From Longivirga aurantiaca (GTDB taxonomy: Bacteria > Actinomycetota > Actinomycetes > S36-B12 > CAIYMF01): a DNA stretch of 32,000 nt. This document shows, in pieces, positions 30,663 to 32,000 of the stretch (positions within the stretch are counted from its first letter, which is position 1; every line of letters begins with the position of its first letter). The notes under the pieces were generated by a model that did no database searches, was not told where the DNA came from, and saw only the letters and a list, made by a program, of their open reading frames with translations. The stretch spans positions 540,001-572,000 of the forward strand of contig NZ_JBHSTI010000002.1 of NCBI RefSeq assembly GCF_042660085.1, given 5' to 3'. The translations under genes and the position numbers were made by a program.

Positions 30663-31947
30663 GAAGTTCGCCGCGGTCGATGTGATCGTCGCCAAGCGCG
30701 ACAAGCGCGAGCTGACCGACGAGCAGATCGACTGGGTCGTCGACGCCTACACGCGCGGCGTGGTGGCCGACGAGCAGATGAGCGCGCTGGCGATGGCGAT
30801 CCTGCTCAACGACATGACCCCGCGGGAGATCGCGCGCTGGACCGGAGCGATGATCGCGAGCGGCGAGCGGATGGACTTCAGCACCGTCGGGCGCCCGACC
30901 GTCGACAAGCACTCCACCGGCGGCGTCGGCGACAAGATCACGTTGCCGCTCGCGCCCGTCGTCGCGGCCTGCGGTGCCGCGGTGCCCCAGCTCTCCGGCC
31001 GCGGCCTCGGCTACACCGGCGGCACGCTCGACAAGCTCGAGTCGATCCCCGGGTGGCGGGCGTCACTGTCCAACGAGGAGATGCTCGCCGTCCTGCGCGA
31101 CGTCGGCGCGGTCATCTGCGCGGCCGGCGACGGGCTCGCGCCGGCCGACAAGAAGCTGTACGCGCTGCGCGACGTCACCGGCACGGTCGAGGCGATCCCG
31201 CTCATCGCGAGCAGCATCATGAGCAAGAAGATCGCCGAGGGCACCGGCGCGCTCGTGCTCGACGTCAAGGTGGGCTCCGGGGCCTTCATGAAGGACGAGG
31301 CGCGGGCCCGTGCCCTGGCCGAGCGGATGGTGGCCCTCGGCGAGGACGCCGGGGTGCGCACCCGCGCCCTGCTCACCGCCATGGACACCCCGCTCGGGCT
31401 CACCGCCGGCAACGCGCTCGAGGTGCGCGAGTCGGTCGAGGTGCTCGCCGGCGGCGGCCCTGCGGACGTCGTCGAGCTGACGCTCGTCCTCGCGCGGAAC
31501 ATGCTCGAGCTCGCCGGCGTCCACGGGCCGGACCCCGAGGAGGTCCTGCGCGACGGCCGGGCCATGGACGCCTGGCGCCGGATGATCGCGGCCCAGGGCG
31601 GCGACCCCGATGCGCCGCTCCCGGTGGCCCCCGAGCAGCACGTCGTCACCGCCGAGCGTTCGGGAGTGCTCACCCGGCTCGACGCGCTGGCGGTCGGCGT
31701 GGCCGCATGGCGCCTCGGCGCCGGTCGGGCCCGCAAGGAGGACCCGGTCAGCGCGGGTGCCGGCATCGAGATGCACGCGAAGCCCGGCGACGCCGTCACC
31801 GCCCGTCAGCCGCTTCTCACCCTGCACGCCGACGACGCCGGGCGCTTCGCGGCGTCGTTGCGCGACCTCGAGGGCGGCGTGGCGATCGGCGACCCCGGCA
31901 CTCCGATCGACCTCCTGCCGCTCGTCATCGACCAGATCGGATCCTGA
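30655..31947 (+). CDS. deoA: thymidine (pyrimidine-nucleoside) phosphorylase
   Basis: ATG 30655 gives an 8-nt overlap with cdd; GTG 30646 is the alternative start. Motifs seen are DKHSTGGVGDK, TGGTLDKLESIPG and ASSIMSKK. Confidence 0.93.
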   Translation: MAEKFAAVDVIVAKRDKRELTDEQIDWVVDAYTRGVVADEQMSALAMAILLNDMTPREIARWTGAMIASGERMDFSTVGRPTVDKHSTGGVGDKITLPLAPVVAACGAAVPQLSGRGLGYTGGTLDKLESIPGWRASLSNEEMLAVLRDVGAVICAAGDGLAPADKKLYALRDVTGTVEAIPLIASSIMSKKIAEGTGALVLDVKVGSGAFMKDEARARALAERMVALGEDAGVRTRALLTAMDTPLGLTAGNALEVRESVEVLAGGGPADVVELTLVLARNMLELAGVHGPDPEEVLRDGRAMDAWRRMIAAQGGDPDAPLPVAPEQHVVTAERSGVLTRLDALAVGVAAWRLGAGRARKEDPVSAGAGIEMHAKPGDAVTARQPLLTLHADDAGRFAASLRDLEGGVAIGDPGTPIDLLPLVIDQIGS

Positions 31948-31948
31948 C

Positions 31949-32000
31949 ATGCCGCGCGTCATCGAGGCGCCCACCCGCATCCCCGTCCCGGGCGGCAAGA
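31949..32000 (+). CDS. 5' end of an unidentified ORF (MPRVIEAPTRIPVPGGK...), truncated by the window edge
   Basis: ATG lies 1 nt after the deoA stop, so it is probably in the same operon. The 17 visible codons are too few for a family call, and they do not look like the expected adenosine deaminase N-terminus. Confidence 0.35.
   Translation, partial: MPRVIEAPTRIPVPGGK

Overview
Very GC-rich (above 70% by eye), densely packed window that looks like the chromosome of a high-GC actinobacterium; a Micrococcales/Cellulomonas-like origin is only an inference from gene content and order. I support about 30 CDS, with roughly 95% of the window coding and many 1-4 nt start/stop overlaps.

Gene content, left to right:
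- PAP2 phosphatase (5' partial) and a DAGK-like lipid kinase
- DUF3291 protein, folD, DUF3017 protein
- mdh and icd
- GNAT, acyltransferase-3, xthA
- unknown membrane protein, MBL-fold alkyl/aryl-sulfatase, unknown 159-aa protein
- minus-strand operon: GH42 beta-galactosidase, DeoR, galT, galK, glpD
- CNNM/CorC-type protein, trpS, 2H phosphoesterase
- DD-carboxypeptidase (minus strand)
- catalytic-domain-only methylmalonyl-CoA-mutase-like protein
- nucleoside uptake/salvage operon: BMP lipoprotein, ABC ATPase, two permeases, cdd, deoA, plus the first codons of one more gene

I found no tRNA/rRNA, CRISPR array, transposase/integrase, phage or recognisable defence genes. The window reads as core housekeeping DNA, and I cannot point to a convincing novel multi-gene system.

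Most worth a second look:
1. The Leloir genes are translationally coupled to glpD under an embedded DeoR regulator, with a 45-nt four-half-site palindrome in the promoter/leader.
2. The ABC ATPase has conserved N-terminal sequence upstream of any canonical start codon. ATC 26324, behind a perfect AAGGAG, is the only candidate, and it follows two perfect intercistronic hairpins.
3. An uncharacterised trio of membrane protein, sulfatase-like protein and small protein.
4. A split mutase with no linked B12-binding subunit.
5. A 24-codon uORF whose stop overlaps the CNNM gene start.

All product calls come from motif recognition by eye; no database search was run.
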